This document shows positions 49,087 through 58,842 of a stretch of DNA of 64,000 nucleotides, one piece after another. The position numbers and the translations under genes are program-made. Source of the DNA: an uncultured Gemmatimonadaceae bacterium (GTDB lineage Bacteria > Gemmatimonadota > Gemmatimonadetes > Gemmatimonadales > Gemmatimonadaceae); the NCBI GenBank assembly GCA_963761305.1, contig CAVXGK010000001.1:640001-704000 (forward strand). The letters are read 5' to 3'. Every line of letters begins with the position of its first letter. Position 1 is the first letter of the stretch. The notes under the pieces are model-generated. The model saw only the letters and a program-made list of their open reading frames with translations, was not told the DNA's origin and did not search any database.

Positions 49087-50661
49087 TCAAGTCTGCGACG
49101 AGTTCATGCCATCACGGCGGAACCCGTGCCGCTCGAGCAGCCGATACAGCGTCGTGCGATCGACATTCGCGAGCCGCGCCGCTCGCGACATGTTGCCTGC
49201 AGCGCGCGCCACCAACCTAGTCACGTACTCCTTCTCGAACGTGGCCAGCACCTGTTCCTTCGCCGTGTGGTACGCGTCGTTGTGCAACGCGGTCATGTTC
49301 ATCGTTTCAGCGGGCTGAGTCCAATCCTGGTGGACGGGGATCTCGCCTGGCTGGATTTCCGAACCCGGCTGGGCCAGCACGACCACGTGCTCGATGACGT
49401 TCTGAAGCTCGCGAACATTCCCGCGCCACGGCCGCGACATGAGGAAGTCGAACGCCGCGTCGCCGAAGTGAGGGGGTTCGTCCTTCGCCGGATGATGGCG
49501 CACCCAAAAACGTTCCAGGAAGAACGTCGCGAGAATGGGAACGTCCTCGACACGATCGCGTAACGGCGGAAGCGTGATCGGGAAGACGTTGAGCCGGAAG
49601 TACAGGTCCTCGCGCAGATGGCGGCTGCGAATCGCTTCGCCCGGATCGCGGTTCGTCGCCGAGATGAAACGGACGTCGACGACCGCATCCTGCTGTTCGC
49701 TGCCCACGCGGCGCAGCACACCGTCCTGCACGACGCGCAACAGCTTCGCCTGCAACGGCACAGTCATCTCGGTCAGCTCGTCGAGGAAGAACGTGCCGCC
49801 GTTCGCCATCTCGAGCAGTCCGATCTTGTCGCGATCGGCGCCCGTGAACGCGCCCTTGCGGTGGCCGAACATCTCGGACTCGAGGAGATGTTCCGGTAGC
49901 GCCGCGCAGTTGAGCGGCACGAGGGGTTGCGCCGCGCGGTTGCTGTGCCGGTGCACGAACTGCGCGATCATTTCCTTCCCCGTTCCGCTTTCGCCGACGA
50001 GCATGACCGACGCATTGGTCGTCGCGACCTTGCGCGCGAGATCGACCACGCGGCGAAACGCCGACGACGTGCCGAGCAGTGTGAGCTTGTCGCTGTTCCC
50101 ATTGCGCTTCCGCGACTCGACCTGCGTCGATTCACGGTCGCGGGTCGCGAGCACCGCGTGCGCCGCTCGGCCGAGCAGCACCTGCAGGTGCGTTCCGGAA
50201 AACGGCTTCGGCAGGTAGTCCCACGCGCCGCTGCGAAGCGCCTCCATGCTCGAGGCGACGCTCGGATTGCCCGTCATCACCAGCACGATGGTGCCGGGAC
50301 GAATCGTGAGAACGGCTTTGAGGATCTCCAGGCCGGGAACCGGCGTCATGTAGAGATCCACCATCACAATGTCGTAGTGCGCGCGCCGAACCATGTCGAG
50401 CGCTTCGTCGCCACGACCGCACGTGGTGACGCTGTAGCCTTCCACCTGGAGGACGCTCGCGCAGCCCTCGCGAAGCGTCCGGTCGTCGTCGACGATCAGG
50501 ATGCGGATGGTGCCGCGGTCCTCGACGGAGATACCGGCTCCGTCCGCCAACCCTGGTTGTTCCTCCGAGTTCACGATGGGCATTTCAGACTCGACGGCAG
50601 CAGGCGCCGAGGACGGCGTAGAAGGCAAGTACACGTTGAAGTCGCTGTACTTCGTCTTCAT
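49087..50661 (-). CDS. sigma54-dependent response regulator (REC-AAA+-Fis HTH, NtrC family)
   Basis: REC (IVDDD, DLYM, KPF); GESGTGKE; ESEMFGH..GAFTGA; LDE; WRGNVREL; HTH NMSRAARLANVDRTTLYR. Confidence 0.95.
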   Translation of the reverse strand: MKTKYSDFNVYLPSTPSSAPAAVESEMPIVNSEEQPGLADGAGISVEDRGTIRILIVDDDRTLREGCASVLQVEGYSVTTCGRGDEALDMVRRAHYDIVMVDLYMTPVPGLEILKAVLTIRPGTIVLVMTGNPSVASSMEALRSGAWDYLPKPFSGTHLQVLLGRAAHAVLATRDRESTQVESRKRNGNSDKLTLLGTSSAFRRVVDLARKVATTNASVMLVGESGTGKEMIAQFVHRHSNRAAQPLVPLNCAALPEHLLESEMFGHRKGAFTGADRDKIGLLEMANGGTFFLDELTEMTVPLQAKLLRVVQDGVLRRVGSEQQDAVVDVRFISATNRDPGEAIRSRHLREDLYFRLNVFPITLPPLRDRVEDVPILATFFLERFWVRHHPAKDEPPHFGDAAFDFLMSRPWRGNVRELQNVIEHVVVLAQPGSEIQPGEIPVHQDWTQPAETMNMTALHNDAYHTAKEQVLATFEKEYVTRLVARAAGNMSRAARLANVDRTTLYRLLERHGFRRDGMNSSQT

Positions 50662-50677
50662 CGGGGAGGCCGAATGC

Positions 50678-50695
50678 TGTGGAGACTGCGCAACA
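50678..50695. promoter_or_regulatory. Candidate activator-binding site just upstream of the activator's own start
   Basis: TGTGGAGACTGCGCAACA (reverse complement TGTTGCGCAGTCTCCACA); weaker copy at 50871-50888. Confidence 0.55.
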
Positions 50696-50950
50696 GGATT
50701 GGTGCATGAGTGACGCGGCTCACAAAATGGCGTTGATGGATCCCCTGTCAAGCCTTGACAGAGTATCGGCCCGCATGGCGCGATGATACACCGACATGGG
50801 CCAAGTTGTCCTATCGCCAACAACGTGCATGCCACACCCCAAGCGGACACCCGTCGGCACGTGTCGGTTGCGTAGCGCTTGCGCCACACCGAGCCGCGTA
50901 ACCGACCGGGCTGTTGTCGGTTCCGCGGCTGGCAGCCTTCAAAAGCTATT

Positions 50951-51913
50951 TTATACGGTTATTCGATCGTAATTCAAAGGCGCTCGGTCAAGAACCGGCG
51001 TCCGTACATGGTCGAGGGCGACCTCGGCCCGGCGAAGGAGCTCGGTCGGCTCCAATCCCGCCGCGGACAGGTCGGCGATGGCGCAGTAGCCGGCACTCAA
51101 CGAGGCGACATGGCGGCCCGCACCGATGTTCCCGGTTCGCTCCAGGCTCGCGGACAAGCGGTTCACGAACTGCTCGGCACCGCCGGCGTCGGTGTCGGGC
51201 GCCAAAATGGCGAGCCGCGAACTGCCGAGGTACCCCAACACGTCCGACCGGCGACTCTGCTCCCGGCAGACGTCCAGGATCTGCAGCAACGCGTCGTGGC
51301 CGACGATCTCGCGCGTGATCTCCTCACTCGCGTACTCGCCGCTGGACCAGACCCGCATCTCGCCGCCCGGGTTCGGCCGGACCGCGACGCACGCCAGCGG
51401 CTCGTGGTTCCGAATGGCCCGCGCGCCGAGATGTCGTACCCACTGCTCGAGACCATGGCTGCTATACACCCCCGTGGCCGCGTCGAGCAGTCCGCCGCCG
51501 CGCGCATCCCGCACGGAATCCGCCGCGCGGACGAACGTCGCAAGCTTGAGCATCAGCGTTTCGACATCGAACGGCTGGCTGCAATACTCCCACGCGCCCG
51601 CCGCGAACGCCGCCGTGCCGGCGCGATACCCGCCGGCCACGGAGCTGGTCACGATGATCGGCGTCGAATGATCGAATAGCGGGTCGTCCCGCAGGGCCCG
51701 GCAGACCTCGACGCCGCCCATGTCGGTCGTAGCCGCATCGAGGAACAGCGCGTCGAGGGGCGTGCGTCGCGCGAGCTCCAAGGCCCGCCGACCGCGTTCG
51801 ACGCGCACGACGCTGTAACCGTTCAACTCGAGAACGCTCTCGAGCGAACGACCAGCCCATTCGCCGTCACTGGCGATCAACACCAGGCGTCCGCGCTTCT
51901 GTGGCTCGGCCAT
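50951..51913 (-). CDS. Atypical REC + degenerate GGDEF protein
   Basis: REC-like N-terminus; LLDAATGVYS linker; RRSD I-site; GGDEF replaced by GSSRL. Confidence 0.8.
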   Translation of the reverse strand: MAEPQKRGRLVLIASDGEWAGRSLESVLELNGYSVVRVERGRRALELARRTPLDALFLDAATTDMGGVEVCRALRDDPLFDHSTPIIVTSSVAGGYRAGTAAFAAGAWEYCSQPFDVETLMLKLATFVRAADSVRDARGGGLLDAATGVYSSHGLEQWVRHLGARAIRNHEPLACVAVRPNPGGEMRVWSSGEYASEEITREIVGHDALLQILDVCREQSRRSDVLGYLGSSRLAILAPDTDAGGAEQFVNRLSASLERTGNIGAGRHVASLSAGYCAIADLSAAGLEPTELLRRAEVALDHVRTPVLDRAPLNYDRITV

Positions 51914-52148
51914 TTGGGTTCTTGAACGTTCGGAGTCTGACCGCGAAATCGAATGCTGGGTGCATCGTTTCGTTACAGCGCTCGTCGTCCGCCATCGCTC
52001 CCCAACGTCCGAAGAGCGAATCAAAATGATGAAGCCGCTAGCAATCGTCACCGCCAAAACATGGTTCCAGCGCGCGAATCAGTAGCAGCCTCTTCAATGA
52101 ACCCGAGTCATCCGAGCCCAGTGTGGCCGTCGAGCGGCCACGCGAAAA

Positions 52149-52164
52149 GGCATCTTCCGTTCCG
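52149..52164 (-). promoter_or_regulatory. Candidate sigma54 -24/-12 promoter of the REC-GGDEF gene
   Basis: Minus strand CGGAACGGAAGATGCC (GG-N10-GC), 94 bp from motif TGTCGCGGCGGCGCGTCA (52259-52276). Confidence 0.45.
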
Positions 52165-52317
52165 GCATAGAATTGCCGGGGTTGTCGCTTAACCGATTCA
52201 TTACTAACAGTTTGGCCTGCGGCAAGCAAGCAGACCACCGACCCTCACCGGATCGAACTGTCGCGGCGGCGCGTCAATAGTGTCGTTTCCGGCCGCCAAG
52301 TAACCGGTCAGCGCACG

Positions 52318-55300
52318 CTACGGTGTCAGCGAGATTTGGAGGCCGAAGCTGCGAACCGTGGGCAACTGGCCAAGCTCGACACCCTGGAAGCTCGTCGAGC
52401 TCAGAGCGGTCTCCGGGTCGATGTTTGGCGCCTTGCTCCACATCGCCAAGTTCCGGCCGATCAGCGACACGCGGACGCTCTGGCCCGAGAGCGGCGTGAC
52501 CGCTCGGAGCGGCCACGAGAAGCTGACCCGAAGATCCCTCAGCTTCACGAAGCTCGCGTCGTAGACCCACGCCTCTTGGATCGGGGCCAGGGCCTGGTAA
52601 TACGCCTGGGTTGTCGCGCGAACAGTATTCGCCTTTCCGGTCGCGGCATCGACGCCGGCGAACGCTTGGCCACTGTCGGGACGCGACGCGGTCTCGGCGA
52701 AGGTGCCGGTCGTCATTCCGACCAGGTTCGTTGTGCTGAAAATGCTGCCACCCATCCTCGCGTCGACGAGCCCGGACACGTCAAACCATCCGACGTGCAG
52801 GTTCGAGGAAACGCCGCCGGTCCAACTCGGCGCCATCACACCGAGCACTCGTTGCTGCCCGTCCGACACCGGCAGCCCGTTTTGCAGAATCATCGCGCCC
52901 GACGCGTCGCGTTTGAACCCGCTGCCCACCAACGCGCCGAGCGCGTAGCCCTTGCGTGCCTCGACGGTGAGTCCGTAGACCGACGGACCAAGCGGAATCG
53001 CCGTCGCACCGTTGCTCAAGTCGTCGAGCGAATTCGTGTTCTTCGCCCATCGCGCGTCGACGGTCCAGAGCGTGCCGCTCGACGTACGGAGCGGAACCAG
53101 CGAGGCCTGCAGCTCGATGCCCTTGTTCGACAGCGTGCCAAGGTTGCTCGCCAGAATCGACGTCGAACCCGCCACCGCGCCGAGAATGACGCCGGTGGTC
53201 TGATCGTCATACAGCGTCACGTCGACGCCGAGCCGATTGCGCATGAACGACAGCGCTCCGCCGATCTCGAGCGACGTCGTGATCTCGGGGCTCAACCCGG
53301 CGCTCGCCGCGACCGTGGCAGCGGAATCAGCTGCCGGTATGAAGACGTTGTTGAGCAGCAGTGGTGATACTTCGTTCCCGGTCCGCGACCAGCCGGCGTG
53401 CACGATCGCCGAGTTCAGATTGTCGCCGTGAACCCCGGCGGCGCGCGCGAGATCGATCCGACCGACGACTGACGGGTAGAAAGCCGAGTTGCTTCCCGAT
53501 GCAAGGAGCGAATACCACTCGTTGCGCGCCGTCGCGGTGAGTGACGTATAGCTGTTCACCGCCCACTCGCCAGTCGCGAGAACGGAGTTCGTGGAAGTGT
53601 TGCTGTTCAAGATCGCCGGCGTGCCGGCGGTCGCCGTGCCGGTGTCGGGATGCTGGTCGGAACCGGCGGTGGACACGTTGAAGTTGCTGGATCGGTGCGA
53701 ATAGCCGCCCGTGAGTTTGAACGAGCTCGTCGATGCACCGGTTGCCGGATGGCCACCGAGGTCCGCCGAGAGCAGCAGATCTGCGTTCGTCTCCGACGCC
53801 GTGATATCCTGTCGCTGGAATCCACCCTTCGAGAAATCGCCGCGACCGTCCTCGAACGGGAACCCGCCCATCCATGACGACGCGATGTCGAAATTCCGCG
53901 ACTGGTCGTGGTGATCGGTTCCGAGGCGAGCCAGTGCGGTGAGATCGGGCGTCAACACGTACGACGCCGAACCGGCGGCGATCCAGCGCGTCCGGTCGTC
54001 GCGATTGCTGTTCTCCTGCTGCGCGAAGTACGGATTGTTGATTCCCGAGTAGATCCAGTTGATCTCGTTCAGGAAGGGGTCGTCCGTCGTGGTGTGTGCC
54101 TTCAGCGCGCTGAAGTCGACCTGCCGTCCGGTCTGCGCGAAGTCGGCGATCGAGTTCGACAAGTCGTAGCCCGTCGCGGGACGGTCCTCCGCGACATCGC
54201 TGTTCACCTGGACGTGGGCGTCCACACTGAGCGACGACGTCGGCTCGGCGCCGGCGCGTAGCGACGCGCCCTGTCGAGTCAGCGAGCTTCCGGGAACGAA
54301 ACCGCTGGAACTCCGCCTGTCGATCGACAACCGATAGTTCTCGTTCGCGCCGGCCTGCTGCGCGGCGGCGATCGTCGTCAGCGTCAATCCGCTGCCGAAG
54401 AAATCCGCGACATTGTTCGGCCGAGGGAGCCACAGACGCACGTCGCCGAGCCGCGGAACGGTGAGGCTCGCCTGAGCGATCGCCTGGCCCGACAGCGCCG
54501 GCCCCCAGTTCTGCGCGACCCCGTCATTGGTGCCGCCGCCCGCCCCGTCGAAGAACGAATACTGACCGTTCAGCCCTTGGCCATAAGCATTCTGAAATGA
54601 CGGCAGCCTGAGCGCCGTCTCGCTCGACGCGGTTTGGCTCGCCGAGACCTCGAACCCGGAGAATCCGCTCCCGCCGCGCGTGGTAATGAGGATCACGCCA
54701 TTCGCGCCCCTCCCGCCCCAGATCGCGGCAGCGGGTCCCCGCAGAACCTGCACGGACGCAATCTCCCCCGGTTCGATGCTCTGAATCGGATTGCCGTAGT
54801 CGAAGCCGCCCGTTCCGAACGGCTGCCCCGGCGCCACGAAGCTCGTGTTCTCGATGGGTACACCGTCGACCACAAAAAGCGGCTGCGTGTTGCCGAGGAC
54901 CGAGCGATAGCCGCGCAGAATTGCGACGGACGATCCGCCGACAGCCGATCCGCTCGTCACGTCGAGCCCGACGACGCGCCCCGCGAGAGCGCTCACCACG
55001 TCCGTGGGTCCCGGCAACTGCTCGAAGGCGGTGCTGTCGAGCGTAGGGCGCGGGGCGATAACGGCCGCTCGCGGCCCTGGCGCGGTGGCGTTCTGCCCGG
55101 CCGACTGCGGGTCGACCGTTCCACGCGAATCGCCGACCGGGAAAAGCTCGAAGTCCTGGGTCAGCGTCCCGCCCGTCAGCACGATGGGAATGCTCGCCGG
55201 ATTATAGCGCACCTGCCTGGCCTCGAGCGCCACCGTCTGCCCCCGCACACTCGATGACCGCACGATGAACGTGAAGCGGCCGTCCGCGTTGGTCGTCGTG

Positions 55301-55476
55301 CCGATCCCCAACTCGCGAATTCGCACCGTCGCCCCCTGCACGGGCCGGCCGCCCGCCGAGACGTGCCCCGTGATGGACTCTGGCTCCTGCGCGAGCGCCG
55401 ACGGCGCGGCGCGGTGCGCCACGGATGCGAGCGCCAGAAACAAGGCGAAGGACTTCCAACCGCGGAGGACCGTCAT
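52318..55476 (-). CDS. SusC/RagA-type TonB-linked outer-membrane protein
   Basis: Motifs QPLFVVDGVP, GANGVILITT, FQNAYGQG, FYPSV, YDASFVKLR and IDPE. Confidence 0.88.
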   Translation of the reverse strand: MTVLRGWKSFALFLALASVAHRAAPSALAQEPESITGHVSAGGRPVQGATVRIRELGIGTTTNADGRFTFIVRSSSVRGQTVALEARQVRYNPASIPIVLTGGTLTQDFELFPVGDSRGTVDPQSAGQNATAPGPRAAVIAPRPTLDSTAFEQLPGPTDVVSALAGRVVGLDVTSGSAVGGSSVAILRGYRSVLGNTQPLFVVDGVPIENTSFVAPGQPFGTGGFDYGNPIQSIEPGEIASVQVLRGPAAAIWGGRGANGVILITTRGGSGFSGFEVSASQTASSETALRLPSFQNAYGQGLNGQYSFFDGAGGGTNDGVAQNWGPALSGQAIAQASLTVPRLGDVRLWLPRPNNVADFFGSGLTLTTIAAAQQAGANENYRLSIDRRSSSGFVPGSSLTRQGASLRAGAEPTSSLSVDAHVQVNSDVAEDRPATGYDLSNSIADFAQTGRQVDFSALKAHTTTDDPFLNEINWIYSGINNPYFAQQENSNRDDRTRWIAAGSASYVLTPDLTALARLGTDHHDQSRNFDIASSWMGGFPFEDGRGDFSKGGFQRQDITASETNADLLLSADLGGHPATGASTSSFKLTGGYSHRSSNFNVSTAGSDQHPDTGTATAGTPAILNSNTSTNSVLATGEWAVNSYTSLTATARNEWYSLLASGSNSAFYPSVVGRIDLARAAGVHGDNLNSAIVHAGWSRTGNEVSPLLLNNVFIPAADSAATVAASAGLSPEITTSLEIGGALSFMRNRLGVDVTLYDDQTTGVILGAVAGSTSILASNLGTLSNKGIELQASLVPLRTSSGTLWTVDARWAKNTNSLDDLSNGATAIPLGPSVYGLTVEARKGYALGALVGSGFKRDASGAMILQNGLPVSDGQQRVLGVMAPSWTGGVSSNLHVGWFDVSGLVDARMGGSIFSTTNLVGMTTGTFAETASRPDSGQAFAGVDAATGKANTVRATTQAYYQALAPIQEAWVYDASFVKLRDLRVSFSWPLRAVTPLSGQSVRVSLIGRNLAMWSKAPNIDPETALSSTSFQGVELGQLPTVRSFGLQISLTP

Positions 55477-55551
55477 GAGACCTCTAGAAATTAGAAGCTG
55501 TCGAAGGCGGCCATTCAGACGGGCGACGCCGCCGGGCCCCGACCAGATGGA

Positions 55552-57591
55552 CTACGGCGTGACTCCCAGGATGACGAAGCGCGGAATGCTCCGCGTCGCC
55601 ACCGTCTTATCACCCAACTCGCCGGCCAAGTTGTCCCCCCAACACGCGAGCGATCCATCCGTCGTGAGACCGCAGGAGTGCGCGACCCCCGTGAAGATGG
55701 ACTTGAACTTGAGTCCGCCGACGACCGGCGTCGGGTCGGTACGACTGACGTTCGTGCTGTCGCCGAGCTGGCCGAACTGGTTGTTCCCCCAGCAATACGC
55801 CGACCCATCGCCCGTCAGCGCGCACGCGTGCCCGCTGCCGACCGCCAACGACACGAAAACCGGGGCACCGACGTACTGGTGCGGAACCGCGACCGCGCCG
55901 ATTCCCTGCACCGCGCCCCAGCAGTATGCCTGTCCGCTGGTCGTCAGCCCGCACGTCCACGGATCTCCGCCGCCGATGGCCTGGAAAGACAGACCGCCGG
56001 CGACGAGCGTCGGCGCCACGCGGTTGATCCCCGTGCCGTCTCCGAGCTGCCCGAATTGGTTCGATCCCCAGCACAGCGCGTCGTGCGACACCGTGAGCGC
56101 ACACGCGTGGTTCAGACCCGCGGCAATGGTGGAGAACTTGAAGCCGCCGAACACCGCCGTCGGAGCGAATCGCGAGGTTGTGTCGCCGCGCGTCCCGAGC
56201 TGACCGAGCTGGTTCGATCCCCAGCAGTACGCGTCCTGAGTCGTCGTGATCGCGCAGGTGTGCGAAGCACCGGGGGCGACCTGCGCCCACGCGAGCGCGC
56301 TGGGAAGCTGCGTCGGCACGGTCGCGAGCCCGGCGTTCTTGCCGGTCGTGTCGACGAGCGCGTTGATGCCCCAACACGAGATCGTATTGCCGGTCGCGAC
56401 GCCGCAGAAGTGCGTGGAGCTTCCGGCGATCGACTGCAGGGAAACGGCCGCTCCAACCTGGGTCGGGGTCGACTTGTTGACCGTGTCGCCGCCGCCGATC
56501 TGCGGCTCCTGGCCCATGCAACTCGGCACGCCGCCGGCGTCGAGACCGCACGTCGAGAAACCGCCGAGCGCCACGTGCACGGGAGTGTAGTGGATCGCCG
56601 TCCCCGTGCTGGTCGCCTGAAGCTTGAGCGTTCCACTTTCGACACGCGCTATGAGATTTTGAACGCCAGAGATGTCACCAAGCGTCCAGGTCCCGGGCGA
56701 AGCGACGCCGTCGGCTCCAGTGGACACCGTTGGAAACGGCACCCTGCCGCCACCCGTCGCCGAGAACGTGATCGGCACGCCGGCCCGCGGTTTTCCGAGG
56801 GAATCGACGAGTTTCACGGACGGCGCAATCGGGAGGTCGGAAAGGATCTGACCCGTTTGATGGTCGCCGGCTATCGCGGCGAGCGCTGCGTAGGACGTCA
56901 CTCCGAACGACACCGGGTTGCCGCCGACGAACGCGAGAGGCTGATTCGTCGTGTCGACGACCGCCGCCGTGATCGAGTTGAAGTTCGGGTTCGCGCCGAG
57001 CGTCCATTGTGTCGCCGCCAATCCGTTGGAGCTCGACGTCGTCACGGTCTGCGAAACCGAACCACCGCCGCCCGTCACCGCGAACAACACACGCGCCCCG
57101 CCAACCGGCGCGCCGGACTTGTTCGTGACGAACACGCGAATCGAGTCGGAGACGATCGCCCCCGGCGTCGCCGCGTTGGGCGGCGTCCAGGCGAACCGCG
57201 CGATGGTGGCGGCGCCGTTCCAAACCACGACGACCGTCACCGGCTTCGAGGTAAATCCGAGCGTCGAAGCAGTGACGACCGTCGCTCCGGTATCGACAGC
57301 CGTCAAGACGCCCTTGGAGTCAAAGGTCGCGGCGTTGTCGTTGCTGCTCTGCCAGACCACCGGCACGCTGATCGCGCGATCGAGTTGATCGTTCACGACG
57401 GCGGAGAACTGTTGTCGAGTCCCACGCTCGAGTGTCGCCGAAGGCGGGTCGATCGTGATCGAACCGACTTTCTGCACCTGCGTCAACGTGCCGTCGCTGC
57501 TGCACGAGAGGCACGCCAGCGCGCACACGATTGTGGCGCCAAGCGCGATGAGCGAACCAACCCCTTTTTCGCGTGTTCTACCCGGCTGCAA
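55552..57591 (-). CDS. Ig-like (Big) + RCC1-repeat lipoprotein
   Basis: Lipobox LSC; VVWQSSN Ig domain; repeated HxC.L..G.AYCWGxNxxGQLG. Start uncertain. Confidence 0.88.
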   Translation of the reverse strand: MQPGRTREKGVGSLIALGATIVCALACLSCSSDGTLTQVQKVGSITIDPPSATLERGTRQQFSAVVNDQLDRAISVPVVWQSSNDNAATFDSKGVLTAVDTGATVVTASTLGFTSKPVTVVVVWNGAATIARFAWTPPNAATPGAIVSDSIRVFVTNKSGAPVGGARVLFAVTGGGGSVSQTVTTSSSNGLAATQWTLGANPNFNSITAAVVDTTNQPLAFVGGNPVSFGVTSYAALAAIAGDHQTGQILSDLPIAPSVKLVDSLGKPRAGVPITFSATGGGRVPFPTVSTGADGVASPGTWTLGDISGVQNLIARVESGTLKLQATSTGTAIHYTPVHVALGGFSTCGLDAGGVPSCMGQEPQIGGGDTVNKSTPTQVGAAVSLQSIAGSSTHFCGVATGNTISCWGINALVDTTGKNAGLATVPTQLPSALAWAQVAPGASHTCAITTTQDAYCWGSNQLGQLGTRGDTTSRFAPTAVFGGFKFSTIAAGLNHACALTVSHDALCWGSNQFGQLGDGTGINRVAPTLVAGGLSFQAIGGGDPWTCGLTTSGQAYCWGAVQGIGAVAVPHQYVGAPVFVSLAVGSGHACALTGDGSAYCWGNNQFGQLGDSTNVSRTDPTPVVGGLKFKSIFTGVAHSCGLTTDGSLACWGDNLAGELGDKTVATRSIPRFVILGVTP

Positions 57592-57799
57592 GCGGCGTTT
57601 CCGTTTCGGAGATGTTGGTGAGGCTCGGCTGGGACGCGGCGAGTTACGTGATTATCACTGCAAAGGGACGATCGACGCACAGCGTGGCGACATCACGAGG
57701 GCAGCACGCGAGAAATCTGCCGTTCTGGCCGAACAGTATTGCGCCGCCCAATAACCGGCAACTTGCGATTTCGTTAAGCTCGCTAACCGAACCTTGACC

Positions 57800-57838
57800 T
57801 GTTGCGCGTATCCCGTGACCCGTTGCCGGGTTGCAACA
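57800..57838. promoter_or_regulatory. Tandem candidate enhancer sites upstream of wza-wzc
   Basis: TGTTGCGCGTATCCCGTG (57800-57817) and CGTTGCCGGGTTGCAACA (57821-57838). Confidence 0.55.
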
Positions 57839-57930
57839 ACACTCGTCCGGACACATACTTGCCCTCTCCGCTAAACCACGCTAGCCGGGGTCGCGCCGTC
57901 CCGTGCTTCGGGATCGTCTCAATCCGACGG

Positions 57931-57946
57931 TGGTACGGTGAGTGCT
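57931..57946 (+). promoter_or_regulatory. sigma54 -24/-12 promoter of the EPS export genes
   Basis: TGGTACGGTGAGTGCT (GG-N10-GC). Confidence 0.62.
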
Positions 57947-58030
57947 AGTCCTCAGGGACCGCAAAACGTTGCACGGTCTAACCGCCGGAGAGGGCCGAAA
58001 CCCACCGATGCATCCAAACAACGCGACTTC

Positions 58031-58807
58031 ATGTCCTGCCATCCAGCAATGCTAAGGGTTGTCGTCGGAACGACTGTCGGCCTGTTAGCGCTCGGCAATC
58101 CTTGCCGAGCGCAGGACGGCGCTGCGAATCCGCCGACCCGGCGGGAGTTCGAAAGTCGCGCGGAACTCGAGGCTCAGGCGAAGACGGCGGAGGCCCAACA
58201 TCGAACCGGCGAAGCTTGGCTGCTTCGCCAGCGGTTAGAAAAAGGCGACTTCCAGGACGGCGATCGCATTGTCATCGTGATGCAAGGCAACGCGTTGATG
58301 CCAAAGGATTTCACAGGTATTCCGGACACGAACATCGTTCGCGCGGGGCGCCGACTCCAGTTCCAGCGGATGGCAGACCTCAGCCTGGACGGCGTGCTTC
58401 GCTCGGAGCTCAACGACAAGTTGACCGAGTATTTCTCGGTTTATTTCAGATCGCCCTCGGTAAGGAGCACACCCCTCCTGCGGATTGCGGTGCTCGGCAC
58501 CGTGGGTAAGCCGGGGTATGTCTATACCCTTGCCGACGCCCCCCTGAGTGATCTCATCATGCAGGCGGGAGGACCAGGCAGCAGCGCGAACATGGCCGGA
58601 ATTGAGATTCGACGAGGCGCCGATGTGATCTGGAACGATCAGGACACCCGCGCCGCGTTGGCCGACGGCATGTCTCTCGACCGTTTACATCTGCGCGCCG
58701 GGGACGAGGTCTTCATTCCGGCGCAGCGAGACATATCGTGGCTGGCTGTTATTTCGGTAGCGGTCTCGACTGCCGCATTTCTGATTACGATTTTGCACTT
58801 CAGGTAA
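58031..58807 (+). CDS. Polysaccharide export protein (Wza/SLBB-domain)
   Basis: Motifs FQDGDRI, IAVLGTVGKPG, LIMQAGG and LRAGDEVFIP; C-terminal amphipathic helix. Confidence 0.8.
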   Translation: MSCHPAMLRVVVGTTVGLLALGNPCRAQDGAANPPTRREFESRAELEAQAKTAEAQHRTGEAWLLRQRLEKGDFQDGDRIVIVMQGNALMPKDFTGIPDTNIVRAGRRLQFQRMADLSLDGVLRSELNDKLTEYFSVYFRSPSVRSTPLLRIAVLGTVGKPGYVYTLADAPLSDLIMQAGGPGSSANMAGIEIRRGADVIWNDQDTRAALADGMSLDRLHLRAGDEVFIPAQRDISWLAVISVAVSTAAFLITILHFR

Positions 58808-58842
58808 ATAATCTTTCCGACGGGGTCGATCCTTAGTTTCCG

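Noticed and set aside
50826..50841. sigma54 -24/-12-like element (minus strand TGGGGTGTGGCATGCA) upstream of the activator
   Set aside because: The -24 box is poor and no motif copy lies at the 92-97-bp spacing seen elsewhere.
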